The position numbers were made by a program, and so were the translations under genes. Source: Octopus vulgaris (Eukaryota). Taken from it: a DNA stretch of 64,000 bases. The stretch is taken from positions 171,740,001-171,804,000 of the forward strand of contig OX597814.1 in NCBI GenBank assembly GCA_951406725.2. Reading direction: 5' to 3'. The stretch's first letter is position 1, and the number at the start of each line of letters is the position of its first letter. Below are positions 13,520 to 27,164 of this stretch, piece by piece. The notes under the pieces were generated by a model. That model made no database searches. It was not told the DNA's origin and saw only the letters and a program-made list of their open reading frames with translations.

Positions 13520-13615
13520 TTCTTCTTCTTCTTCTTCTTCTTCTTCCTCATTCTCCCACCTTCCTCCATCCCGTCGTCTTCATCATCATCATCATCATCA
13601 TCATTTTCTTATTCC
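13015..13615. repeat. Higher-order compound trinucleotide repeat (TTC/TCG/TCA tracts with ccccacccctcc..cgccccttca anchor)
   Basis: Anchor recurs at ~13043, ~13177, ~13293 and ~13419. Confidence 0.9.
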
Positions 13616-13987
13616 TCCTTCTATCCTCCCTCACCCTCTTCCTACTTGTCCTCTTCTTCCGTTCCTTTCGCCCCTCCCCTATATAACACAACCTCCTTTT
13701 ATATATTCCCACCGTTAAGCACACAAATACTTTTACAGTAAGCGTAGCAACCAACGCAACCAAAAGGCAACAACAAAATCAGGTTACATTAAAAAAGACT
13801 CATTGATAAAAGACGTTTCAGCCATGACCATCCTCGTTCACATAGGTGTGTATCCAGGAATACATTACCAATGTGTCTCTTTCTTTGAGATTGCAAGGTG
13901 AAATGTAAAGGGCTTTGGTTACTATTTCTAACATATCGGTGCCGATATACATACATACATATATACATACATACATACATACATACA

Positions 13988-14081
<94 letters not shown>

Positions 14082-14084
14082 CAT

Positions 14085-14230
14085 AAGGAGTCTGCTTCCC
14101 AACCACATGGTTCAGGGTTCAGTTCCACTTGGTGGCACCTTGGTCAACTGTCTTCTACTATCGCCTCGAGACAACCAATGCCTTGTGAGTGGACTTGGTA
14201 GACAAAAACATGAAAGAAGCCCGTGGTATA
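14085..14230 (+). mobile_element. SINE family B, 5' half
   Basis: ccaaccacatggttcagggttcagttccac...gaaagaagcccgt. Confidence 0.75.
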
Positions 14231-14495
14231 TATATATACTACTAATATAGGATAAAATTTTTTAAGAAAAATATTTCATCAAAAGTGGTAGCATATTAAA
14301 ATACCTTTAAAGGTTCACACGTGTGCTGAAGCTGGCAAAAGGATTTTTATATATATGTAAAAAAATACAAACTGGGACAAGAACGCAAAACATTTAGAAG
14401 ACGATACAAAAAACACGGACAGGACGTTCGAAGCCTTCAATCTTCAGTCAAGAACCGGAACATCCTCGAAATTTCGGCTGATATATATGTATATG

Positions 14496-14599
<104 letters not shown>

Positions 14600-14743
14600 G
14601 TGTGTGTGTGTGTAGGTATGTAAAAGTAATAGAGGTTATTGTCTAGCATCACTTTTTCTAAAAATAAGAGTTAAAACAACTCAAAAGCCACAAAAACACT
14701 CAACTTAAGAATTGAAACAGGGAGGTTAGTCCCCAGCGTACAT

Positions 14744-14799
14744 AGTCGAATCGCAATTTCGGATGTTGATATTGACCATCTTAATCCTCATCAGTGACT
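14744..14799 (-). ncRNA. Type-I hammerhead ribozyme motif
   Basis: Minus strand: agtca-CTGATGA-ggat..atcc-GAAA-ttgcgat-TC-gact; canonical core, stem II ggat/atcc, near-palindromic stem III, stem I agtc/gact with one extra A. Confidence 0.6.
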
Positions 14800-15462
14800 T
14801 TTAACGCCTAGGATCAAACTCAACTATCTCCGTTGAAAACGTGCTGATTTTTAACAACAGTAAAAGCGTAAACAACAAACTAAAAAGGGTGGCTTATTAG
14901 TAATTAGTACCTAAAGGCAAAATTCCAAAATGTAAATAAGTTATGAGTGCGGAAAGCAGAATTCAGCTGGTATATATTGCCAATCTTCAGGTCTATTCCA
15001 ATACTTTCTAGTTATATAATTTTAGTTTGCCATGTCTTAATATACGATTTGAATAACAAAATAAGTTCATATAAGCTAGACCTGAAGATTGGCAATATAA
15101 TCGTTTTAATATGGTATTGTATAGAGATAATCTATTTCAGCAATATCGATAAATATGTTGTGATGAAACGCGCATAGTTTAGATAATGTAAAGTATATGA
15201 TTTGTAATAAGAATTGAAGGTATAAATTTTGATAATTTGCAATAAAAATTGTAGGTATTTATTTTGATAATTTTAATATTTAGTCCTATGTAGATATTGT
15301 GGATAACGCAATTCAATGATGATTGAGTTGCTTGAGGCTGATTCTGTCTCTTAAATTTATTTATTTATATGTATATAATACAGTGAGTGATTCATTTTAG
15401 TACCACTAATTTGAACTATCCCCTGTGGACTCGGAAGTAACTTCTCTAATATTAATATCAAT

Positions 15463-15546
<84 letters not shown>

Positions 15547-15573
15547 GACTGAACGACACGCATCCATTTCCAA

Positions 15574-15669
<96 letters not shown>

Positions 15670-15909
15670 ATGTATGTATGTGTGTGTATGTGTGTGTGTA
15701 TTTCTAGCATGTTGAGCGACACTGTAGAAACTGCTCTTGTTGGTTGATAATATCTTTTGTTATTTAAATCCTTCTTTAAAACTGACTCTGCAATGCTATA
15801 GTAATACAGGGGTCTGACGGAAGCAGCTGCTACTTAGATCACAGCTGATCAACGAATATAATAATAAATACACTTATATGTTGTAACCGAGCTGGAAACT
15901 CTACTAAAG

Positions 15910-16065
15910 GTCTTCTTCCTCTTCCTCCTCTTCTTCTTCTTCTTCTTCTTCTTCTTCTTCTTCTTCTTCTTCTTTTTCTTCTCCTCCTCCTCCTCCTCCT
16001 CCTCCTTCTTCTTCTTCTTCTTCTTCTTCTTCCCCTTCTTCTTCTTCTTCCCCTTCTTCTTCTCC
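15910..16065. repeat. (TTC)n/(TCC)n microsatellite
   Basis: Directly visible. Confidence 0.93.
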
Positions 16066-16292
16066 ACCATACCCGTAATCCAAGTCCTGCACCCTCATGT
16101 GCGCGTTACTAAGCCCCCTTGACAACCTACCCAGTAGTCATGGAGACAGCATGGATCAAATCGGTCAGCAGTTGATACGTACGTATGTTGTGAAATTAAT
16201 TAAAAAAGAAATGAAACTAAACTGAAGAAAAATGCAGAAATGGCCAGTATTGCGTAGCTCTTAGTTCAGTAAGTTCATTTCATTATATTCAT

Positions 16293-16357
<65 letters not shown>

Positions 16358-16379
16358 CTAGAGAGAGTGAGAGAGAAAG

Positions 16380-16538
16380 ACGCAGGAGTGGCTGTGTGGT
16401 AAGAAGCTTGCTTTCCAACCACATGCTTCCGGGTTCAATCCCACTGCGTGGCACTTTGGGCAGGTGTCTTCTACTATACCCTTGGGCCGACCAAAGCCTT
16501 GTGAATGGATTTGGTAGACGGAAACTGAAAGATGCCCG

Positions 16539-16580
<42 letters not shown>

Positions 16581-16672
16581 TTGTGTGTCTGTGTTTGTCC
16601 CCACAATCGCTTGGCAGCCGTAACTTAGCGAAAGAGTGCGATAGAATAAGTTCTAAGCTTACAAAGAATAGT
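16380..16672 (+). mobile_element. SINE family B, internally deleted and 3'-truncated, abutting a mariner relic
   Basis: acgcaggagtggctgtgtggtaagaagc...aagcttacaaagaatagtc. Confidence 0.85.
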
Positions 16673-16674
16673 CT

Positions 16675-17743
16675 TTTTTTTACTTCAGAAAAGGAAAGAA
16701 AGCAACAGAAACTTGCCAAAAGTTATGCAATGCGTATGGAGAGAATGCTGCTTCAGAACGATGTGTGCCAGAAATGGTTTGCTGGATTTCGATCAGGGAA
16801 TTTTTCAGTAAGAGATGCACCTCGCTCTGGCCGGCGGAAAGAAATTGACATCGAGCAACTGAGAGCTGTAGGCAAACTAGACTGCAGTCTTACGACCAGA
16901 CAAATCGCAGATATTCTTAACATATCCAAAACAAGTGTGGAAAAGGAATTGCATAAACTTGGTTACATTTCCAAACTTGATGTTTGGGTTCCCCATAAAT
17001 TGACTGAAGCAAATCTTGTCCAAAGGGTTTCCATTTGCGATTCATTACTGCAAAGGGAAAACAACGAACTCTTTTTGAAAAGAATTGTTACTGGAGATGA
17101 AAAGTGGGTAGTTTATAATAATGTGAAACGAAGAAGATCATGGAAAATAGCAGCGGATTCTCCAAAACGAACACCCAAAGCAGGTCTTCACCAAAGAAAG
17201 TTCTGTTATCGATATGGTGGGATTGGAAGGGTGTTATCTTTTTTGAACTTCTTCCCTTGAATAAAACCATCAATTCAGGGGTTTATTGTGAACAACTGAA
17301 TAAATTAAACACGGCTCTTCATCAAAAACGGTCAGAACTGGTGAATCGCAAAGGCGTTGTTTTCCGCCATAACAACGCAGAGCCACAAAACTGCTTTGAT
17401 TACTCGGGAGAAGTTGCTGCAACCTGAGTGGGAAGTTTTGCCTCACCCTCTGTACTCTCCAGATCTGGCCCCATCAGATTTCCATATGTTTCGGTCACTG
17501 CAAAATTCATTGAATGGAAAAAATTTCAATTCTGATGAAGACATGAAAACTTTCTCGGAAATTTTTTTTGCTAATAAAGAACCTAAATTCTTCGAACAGG
17601 GGATTAAAGATCAACCCAACAGGTGGCAAAAGGTTATAGAAGCAAATGGTAACTATTGTATTGATTAAATACATTTTTCACAATTGTTTACTTTGTTTTG
17701 ATTTTCACCTGAAAAACCGAACGGACTTTTTGGCCAACCCAAT
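16675..17743 (+). pseudogene. Mariner (DD34D) transposase pseudogene with right TIR
   Basis: WFAGFRSG..PRSGR, WVPHKL, TGDEKW, SIWWDWKG, HNNA (catalytic D>N), HPLYSPDLAPSDFH across three frames (shifts ~17200, ~17390); TIR aaaaaccgaacggactttttggccaacccaa at 17712-17742; left TIR and start missing. Confidence 0.95.
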
Positions 17744-17885
17744 GCATATATATTTTATATATACATATATTTTATTTATGACACACACACATATGTATAT
17801 ATATGCATTGTATATGTATATGAGTGTGTATGAATGCATATATGTATTTACGTATGCATGTATATATTGGCGGATTTATATATAC

Positions 17886-17921
<36 letters not shown>

Positions 17922-18592
17922 TCACACATAAACATGTGCGTGCACTTATGTATCTATACATATAAATCTGATAAAGGCGATTCTTTCTTGTCTTGGGATT
18001 CACGGTCAAATGGCTGGGTGGAATTGCCCGAAAAATTACACAGATGTGTTGAATGATCTGGTGGTATTGCTGTGCTTTGTATTTTTTTCATAGCTCCCAT
18101 GATTACCAAGATAATCTACAATAATAATACACTTGTGTTTATGAATGAGAATGGAAGGGGTGATGTCATACTTGGTAGTGGGATGATGAATATTGTACAC
18201 TGAAAAAATCAAACAGCATTTCAACTCTGTGTGAATATATGTGTGTGTATGTAAAAGTAGGTATGTGAATGTGTGTTTGTGTTTGTGAGTGAGTGTGTGT
18301 GCCTGTTCGCGGGCAATGGAAGGTGTTTCAGCTTTGTTTGCTTAATATTTGAGCTTATCTTTTGATTTGGTTGAATATTGGTTGTTTTTTTTTTTTTGGC
18401 GGTCAGTTACTTTTAGATTTTTGACAGAAAAAGCCATTCTAAAATTGTTTTTTAACATAAGCGTGCCCAAACAAGTCACATGTTTACACAGAGCAGGTTT
18501 TACAGCCACATCATCCAAACCGATGCTTAGCTGCTAGTACATATATAAATGTGCGTATGTATATATCTATATATTACATAGATACACACACA

Positions 18593-18657
<65 letters not shown>

Positions 18658-18662
<5 letters not shown>

Positions 18663-18766
18663 CATACGCACACACACATATGTGAATATATATATATATA
18701 TATATAACTGTTTACTGTTGTGTTAAGTTATAATAAAAACAATTTTAAATTAAACTGAAGAATTAG

Positions 18767-18834
<68 letters not shown>

Positions 18835-18943
18835 ATATATATCTAATTCTTCAGTTTAATTTAAAATTGTTTTTATTATAACTTAACACAACAGTAAACA
18901 GTTATATATATATATTCACATATGTGTGTGTGCGTATGTCTCT

Positions 18944-19024
<81 letters not shown>

Positions 19025-19053
19025 ATATAGAGACATACGCACACACACATATG

Positions 19054-19094
<41 letters not shown>

Positions 19095-19163
19095 CTGTTT
19101 ACTGTTGTGTTAAGTTATAATAAAAACAATTTTAAATTAAACTGAAGAATTAGATATATATAT

Positions 19164-19215
<52 letters not shown>

Positions 19216-19309
19216 CTAATTCTTCAGTTTAATTTAAAATTGTTTTTATTATAATTTAACACAACAGTAAACAGTTATATATATATATTCACATATGTGT
19301 GTGTGCGTA

Positions 19310-19407
<98 letters not shown>

Positions 19408-19431
19408 GAGACATACGCACACACACATATG

Positions 19432-19486
<55 letters not shown>

Positions 19487-19543
19487 CTGTTTACTGTTGT
19501 GTTAAGTTATAATAAAAACAATTTTAAACTAAACTGAAGAATT
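18658..19543. repeat. ~110-140 bp unit repeated five times in alternating orientation between (TA)n/(TG)n tracts
   Basis: actgtttactgttgtgttaagttataataaaaacaattttaaa(t/c)taaactgaagaatt on + near 18707, 19094, 19486 and on - near 18845, 19218. Confidence 0.9.
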
Positions 19544-20258
19544 GCTCAAAAGTATTCGTTAAGTACAAATTTATTGCTCTTTAACAAGAATTGTATTGTC
19601 AATAACTTCGAAGTTTCGGCTAGTTAAGCCATCATCGCACAGTCCGATGATGGCTCAGCTGATCGAAACTGCCAATGCTATACTTGTTAAAGAATTATAC
19701 ATACATACATACATACATACATACATACATTACTGCAATGGCAATAATAAGACAGGGGAAGATATTAGGGAGAAGGAAATGAATAAAAGAAACGGAATAA
19801 GTAAATGAGAGAAGAGCAGATGAAACAGAAGGACCGTAATGAGCCGGAGTGGAAGGAGGAGTGTGTGGGAGAAATGAGTTGATATAAGGAAAGAAGAATA
19901 TAACCAAGGTGGGCGATAATACAATGAATAAGTCGAAGAAGGAAAGTAGGAAGGAATGAAAAAGTGGTAGAAAGAGAGACGATGAAGAAGATGACGAAAG
20001 AGAATGAGTATATGAGGGAGATATAAGAAGAAGAAAAGATGATGAAGAATAGGATGATGACGATGATAAGGAGGAGGAGGAAGGAGGAAGGAGATGTCGA
20101 TGATGATGATGAAGAAGGAGGAAGAAAAGTTGTAATTTTGTAAAGAAAAAAGACCCACAGCAGATCAAAATATTGAAAGATAAATAGAAGAAACTGCTTC
20201 TCAATAACGGAGTAAAACGAAGGGAAGAAATATCAGAGTGATATAGAAAAATATATGA

Positions 20259-20325
<67 letters not shown>

Positions 20326-20728
20326 GAAAGAAAGAAATAGAAGAAGGCAGGAAGGAAGATAGATAAATAAATAGATAGAAGCAAAGAAAGTTAGAAGTAG
20401 AAAATGAAATTAATAATACATGAATGAAAGAATGAAAGATTGAAAGGAAGAAAGAAAATATGAAGCGAGAAAGAGAAGAATAAAGAAAGAAAGTATGAAG
20501 AGAGAACGAGTGAAAGGAAGAAAGGACGAACGAACGAACGAACAAGCGAAAGAAAGAAAATATCAGAAGACATGAGGAGAAAAATGAAATAAATAAGTAT
20601 ATAAATAAAGCATGGAGCGGGAAAGAGAAAGAGAAAGAAAGAGAAAATGCATATAGCAAGAAAAGCAGAAAGGAAGAAAGAATGAAAGGGAAGAAAAGGC
20701 GGCAACGGGGAATTAAGGCGAAGACAGA

Positions 20729-20785
<57 letters not shown>

Positions 20786-21514
20786 GAGAGTTGATGATGA
20801 TGTAAAAATAAGAGATGGCGTGAAAGTTGCTGTAGGTTGAAGTTATGATTTAGAGTATCTAAGCCTCAGAACACTGCTAAGGTTGTGTTTCACAGCAATA
20901 AAAAGCTTACGGCTCGCTTAGTTGACGCAACGGATCATGGCCCTGTCCCGAGGAGAAGACGGTGGTCAAAGGTCAGACAAGCTAGCCGACGGCTATTTAT
21001 GCTTGGTCTGAGCTGTTTTAAAGTTTCTGCTCTGTGGGTAGGCCACATTAAACTGTCGAAAGTAGCCCTCCCTCCTAAGAGCAGCGCGAAATAGCCAGCA
21101 GACGTCAAAAGAGATCGGTTTAGCATGGCTGTCTTTTCAATAATATTGGATAAATTGTGACCCTTTGATGGGTTTTATTAGCCAAACAGGATAACCTATA
21201 TGTATGTTATGTATGTATGTATGCATGCGTGTGTGTATGTATGTATGTATGTATGTATGTATATATGTATGTATGTATACATTTGTGTGTGTATGAATGT
21301 GTATATGCATGCATGTATTTATATACGTATGTATACTTGAATGCCTTATACGTCTGTGCATGTATGCGTATGTATTTGTGTGTGTCTGTCGGTAGGTACT
21401 TTAATGTGTATAGTTGTATATATGCATCGGTTGGTGCATGGATCGTTGGATGTATGTGTATATACGCACGCATGTATGCGTATATATGTATATACATATA
21501 TACAGTGGTATATG

Positions 21515-21556
<42 letters not shown>

Positions 21557-21560
21557 CGTG

Positions 21561-21685
<125 letters not shown>

Positions 21686-21688
21686 ATC

Positions 21689-21742
<54 letters not shown>

Positions 21743-21775
21743 ATCTATATATATATATATATGGATAGATAGATA

Positions 21776-21849
<74 letters not shown>

Positions 21850-22119
21850 AGAGAGAGAGAGAGAGAAATACTGGAAAGTGGCGTTCGGTCATATAATAAT
21901 ATAAATAATATATATAAATATATATGTGTGTGTGTATATATATACATACATATATGTACTTACCTACTTATGTATGTATATATACATGTATATATGGGTA
22001 TAGGACATCAAAAAACGTGAACAAAATGAAAAACGAGAACAAAAAAAAAACGTGGAAAACGAATTTTTGTTTTTGAACAACGAAAGAAACAAATAGAGAA
22101 ACGAGACAGGCAAATTAAA

Positions 22120-22214
22120 CATTTTGTGTATTGTAGAAATATAAGCAAATTATTGTACATACAATTTTAATAACAACACCTTATATGCCCCCCCCCCACG
22201 TTGAAGAACCACTG
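22120..22214 (-). mobile_element. hAT-type MITE fragment
   Basis: Reverse complement of ~24558-24650; ends gttgaagaaccactg. Confidence 0.55.
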
Positions 22215-22257
22215 CATTAGAGTTTCGAAAGTTATATATGTATATGTATATATATAT

Positions 22258-22425
22258 TAGCCACTACACATTATTTTTCTCTCCTTGTTTCTTTCTGCGT
22301 TCCTTTCTGTGGAAGAGCGTAGGCTCGAAACGTTAAAGACTTTTTCAATTCCCGAGCGTTATACTAATACATCTGTTTGTTTTCTACACCACCTGTCTTC
22401 ATCCTTTGTTTTTTTCGTGAACTCT

Positions 22426-22430
<5 letters not shown>
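22258..22430 (+). mobile_element. Short non-autonomous element with degenerate hammerhead, ending in (TA)n
   Basis: Closely similar to 45695-45887; cttt-CTGTGGA-agagcgtaggctc-GAAA-cgtt-aaag. Confidence 0.65.
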
Positions 22431-22472
<42 letters not shown>

Positions 22473-22715
22473 AAGGTATATATATATATGTGTGTGCGTG
22501 TGTGCGAGTGCGTGTGTTCGAGTGCGTATGAGTGTGTGTGTGTCCGTGTATGTGTGTCTCTGTGTGCGTATGTGTCGATATATATGTGCGTATGTGTGTA
22601 TGGGCATGTGTGTGTTTATGTGATTAGGCAAACGTCCACTTAAGAACGAATGCATATGATTGTGCAAACGCGTATATATAGACATATTCACACATATAAA
22701 TACACACACATACAT

Positions 22716-22762
<47 letters not shown>

Positions 22763-23132
22763 CAGGTTTGAATTGACAAACAGCTGGAAAGAACATCGCT
22801 CTATTACACGAGAGTATAATTATCTATTGTAATAGTAATACTACTCACCGTTAGTACTCAGAGTTTTGCGAATAGTCAATCTCTTATCCAGTTACTTCAT
22901 TACTTGCTCATTTGTAACACATTCATGTAACTCTTGAGTGGCAGCAAGCATTAATCTCAAGTTTATAATATGTATATGTATGCATATATACTCCCGTGCA
23001 CACGCCCTCGTACGCGTGCACACGTACTTGTGCATTTTCTTTTGCATCTGTACATCATATATGCGATTTTAATGAGGCTGGAATAGCACGTTCCGCACCA
23101 GAATTTTTAACATCAATTTTGCAAAATATAAA

Positions 23133-23513
23133 TCTATATATATATATAAAGCTGAAGTTGTCTGCGTATGGCATGTTTTGTAGCCTTCAACTAATACTAT
23201 CTCCTCCGAGACCCTGCAGCGCAAGTTGACCAAAATTGAGAGTATGATAGAAGAAGGCTTCGTAGAAGAAAAATTTCAAATCGGACCATGTTAGCACCAA
23301 AAATTATTTACATCAAAAGGTACTTTTTTTCTCTGAAAATCCCTATTTTTTACGATTTTTTACTGCAGTGTCGCCATTTTTCGGTGTATTTCAACCAGAA
23401 AAATGTTCACCTAAAGAGAATAACAAGCTACATAATGCAAATGTTTTACTTTTCAAAAATTCCAATTCTAAAGGGTCGAAACAAACACGAACAACGCCGG
23501 GCGATACTGCTAG
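23133..23513 (+). mobile_element. Non-autonomous Helitron
   Basis: 5' TC(tatata..aaagctgaagttg), 3' cgaacaacgccgggcgatactgCTAG, inserted between A and T; termini shared with 48768-49174. Confidence 0.8.
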
Positions 23514-23522
23514 TAAAATATA

Positions 23523-23559
<37 letters not shown>

Positions 23560-24132
23560 ACACACACACAGCATACACGACTAACTACGTCTATGTGCTT
23601 GTATTTATATATTCGTGTGTGTATATGTGTGTGCGTGTGGGATACATTTTCGTGTGTGTACTTGTGTATAAATACTTTTTCATTTCTGTTATGTATATGT
23701 TTTATGCCTCCAAGTATATGAATATATGGCATATCTCTTTGTGTATATGTTTGTGCATATATGTGTGTGTGCATGTGTGTGTGTGTGTGTGTGTGCGTGT
23801 GCATGCATCTTTAATGTGCATGCGTTAATTAAATGTTGTACATCTGCAAGGTATAATGAGATGAAATGTCATGGTTGAATAAATCTGACGCTGTTCAATC
23901 ATCTCTTAACCATATCAAGGTTCATGAGTTCAGAATCACTACAAGCCAATTGCTGTGTCTCCAGTGGACCTAACTGTCAGGGGGAAATATCACACAAGAT
24001 TTTGCTAAGAAAATGTCAATAGTATTAAACACGTATTTATAAATTCATCCGATAAGGAACATTCAAGGTTGTGGCTTTCATTGCTCATTAGTGGGCGACA
24101 TATGTAATCTGTTTGATATTTATATATACTGA

Positions 24133-24325
24133 AGGCGTCGAGCTGGCAGAATTGTTAGAATGCCGGACAAAATGTTTAGCGGCATTTCGTCCGTCTTTAC
24201 GATCTGAATTCAAAATACAGCCGAACTTGACTTTGACATTCATCTTTCCGGAATCGATAAAATACATATCAGTTTAACACTGGGGACTAGTTTAGATGCT
24301 GGCCTTGTACCAAAATTTGAAACCA
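24133..24325 (+). mobile_element. SINE family A, diverged
   Basis: ggcgtcgagctggcagaattgttag...ggccttgtaccaaaatttgaaacc. Confidence 0.72.
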
Positions 24326-24557
24326 GTGTTCATACAAACTCCAACGCATAACAGATCCATAAAAAAGTAATTCCTTTCTGTATCGTCTTTATTAGCCAAG
24401 CACTTCAGTTGTCTGATGTTATTCGTGTTATCTCCCTTTATCGTTTGTTTTGTTTTTAGATTTGAAATACCCCTACGAGTTCTCTGTACGAATTACTTGG
24501 ATAACTCAATGAACTGAGTTTTTCAATTCGTTATATTACAGGTCTGAGACTCTAATC

Positions 24558-24795
24558 CAGGGGTTCTTCAGCCGGGGGTCCATATAAGGTTTTGTTATTA
24601 AAATTTTATGTACAATAAATTGCTTATATTTCTATAATACACAAAATATTTTTCTTTCTTCTATGCAATTCCTAATAATATTTGATTATATAAATACGAT
24701 AAGATTCGTGTATATACATCTAATAGCTATGGATGTCCAGTAGAATAAAATAAGAATCAAAAGAGTCCAAAGACAAAAAATGGTTAGAACCACTG
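24558..24795 (+). mobile_element. hAT (Charlie-like) MITE
   Basis: Imperfect TIRs caggggttcttcagcc / ggttagaaccactg; both flanks begin ctct. Confidence 0.6.
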
Positions 24796-26140
24796 CTCTG
24801 GAAAACTAGCCAAAGAGAGAGTATGTATGTAGTCGCTTATCTTGCAAGAAATAGCAGCCAAATGTCTTTCAAAGGCATCGTACTGTTTATGAAAAGAATG
24901 TGCTAGTTAATGTAGTTTTGGTTTCGCTACACCTCCGAAAAACAAAGAGAATCGCATTCCGTAGCGACATTGAAACTTAGACCAAAGAGTAAAAGAGTAT
25001 TGTGATTTTTGTCTCTAGATTCGCGTTGCAGCTTGAAGTAAAAAAAAAAAAATTAAAGAAGGAGAAATGATTAAGACGTAAGAAAATGATATGGTGTAGT
25101 GATCATGCATTTCGCATAAACATTAAGGATGTACGTGTTGTGTAATGTTTTCATCCAAGGATTGAAGCAAGAAGTGTAAATTCAACTTAGTTGAGGCTTA
25201 CGTATAGACTGCTCATCATATTTTATATGTAACAATTTCTTTTGACTAACTAAATGTGAGTATGTGCAGTATGTAATAGTTTCAAATACAACTACGATAT
25301 TTGAAATACAACTACGACATTTCTATCACTTCTCAACAAATAAATTATGGCGTCGACCTTTTACGAGATTAGAGCGTAAGATGATAATCTACTGAGCTGA
25401 AAATTTCGTAATACTCAAAATCTTAATGAACTGGTGTACATCAAAACGAAATGTAATTTTTGTTCATTTTGCAAGTGCCATAAACGAATATATTTGGACA
25501 GAAACTAGAAACCGATTCACAGGCTAATTCATCACAGCACCATACATCTGCCGTTATATTGGAAAAAACGATGCCGGGAGAAACATGGAAACGAAGTTTG
25601 TAGTCTTGTGTTCTATACATTATATCAACTTTGAAGAACCCAGCTTTCCTATGTAAAAGAATTTCATAAACGTTATGGATTGTAAAAGAAAATGGAATAT
25701 ACTTAAATCAAGTAAGTAAACCTAGAAATGCTAAGATTAGATGATTAACATCTGCCTCAAAGTGCCATCGAGATGTTACATTCTCAGAAGATAATTTTGT
25801 AATGAAATTAATATAACAAACAATATCTATTGTGTCTTTACTTTGTCTTTACTTGAGAGAAATATCAAAACAAATAAGCTGAAAATACTAATTTATACTA
25901 TGTTCTTATTTTGATAATTTCGTAGAATTAATAAGAAACGTGATGGAACAACTCATCGCAAATCTTTCTTTCATTATATCTTCTTCGAGGAGCGGTTTTC
26001 GTAAATTTATGCGTCCGAGGAAAATTTTTCTTTTATTTCCATCTAATAACGAATAACTTGAATGAATGTTTACTGTTTTTATTGCGTGTTAAATGTCTTG
26101 TAGTTTTGCCACAAGTTTTATTAATCTTACTAATATCTTT

Positions 26141-26578
26141 CTTTACTCTTTACTCTTTTACTTGTTTCAGTCATTTGACTGCGGCGATGCTGGAGCACCG
26201 CCTTTAGTCGAGCAACTCGACCCCGGGACTTATTCTTTGTAAGCCCAGTACTTATTCTATCGGTCTCTTTTGCCGAACCGCTAAGTGACGGGGACATTAA
26301 CACACCAGCATCTGTTATCAAGCGATGCTTGGGGAACTAACACAGACACACACACATCATATATACACAGACATACACGCACACACACACATATATATAT
26401 ATATATACATATATACGACGGGCTTCTTTCAGTTTCCGTCTGCCAAATCCACTCACAAGGCTTTGGTTGGCCCGAGGCTATAGTAGAAAACACTTGCCCA
26501 AGGTGCCACGCAGTGGGACTGAACCCGGAACCATGTGGTTGGTAAGCAAGCTACTTACCACACAGCCACTCCTGCGCC
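26141..26578 (-). mobile_element. SINE family B, full length
   Basis: Reverse complement of family B including the repeated taaa(a)gag tail. Confidence 0.9.
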
Positions 26579-27098
26579 TAATCTTAAATAATATATTCAA
26601 ATTTTCTTTACAAATAAATATGATTTTACCGAAGTTTTCAATTTTCAAACAATTGAAAATCTGACATGCGTAAATAGTTGATGTTTTCACTGTAATGCTG
26701 AAGTTAAAAACCATCCCGTATTGAAGGCAGGAAAAAAAGTTAGTACCAAAACTAAGCATTTTCTACTAAACCGAGTTGGTATCACTTTGTGGCAGTTTCG
26801 GTGTCCAAATCTTTCGAAACACCCAGTTCTCCCTTACACAAATAACTATGGACTTCGGCCCAAAAAACATCCTATGCGCCAGCTCATATTAAGACACGAA
26901 ATGTAACCTCCTGGAGACAGAACCATCTCAAGCTTTTTCTGTAACCCATCTTTGCCGACAAAGTTCAGTTCTAAACTGTATATGTTACATTCATCCTGAC
27001 TTCGCTCTGAATGCTGGTCTCTTCCTATCATTAATCTTTTACAACTGGACATTAGCAACAAAAGGCGTTTTTATCCAACAATGAGTTTCATTTCCTCT

Positions 27099-27102
27099 AA
27101 GT

Positions 27103-27164
<62 letters not shown>

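Noticed and set aside
12935-13741. Long poly-S/H/L/D/E ORFs in several frames
   Set aside because: Produced by stop-free trinucleotide repeats.
16532-17668. SETMAR-like or active transposase gene
   Set aside because: No SET domain, two frameshifts, catalytic D>N, and the N-terminus is SINE-derived.
26650-27090. Possible hAT C-terminal relic on the minus strand (VFWAEVHSY)
   Set aside because: Too degraded to support by eye; needs BLASTX.
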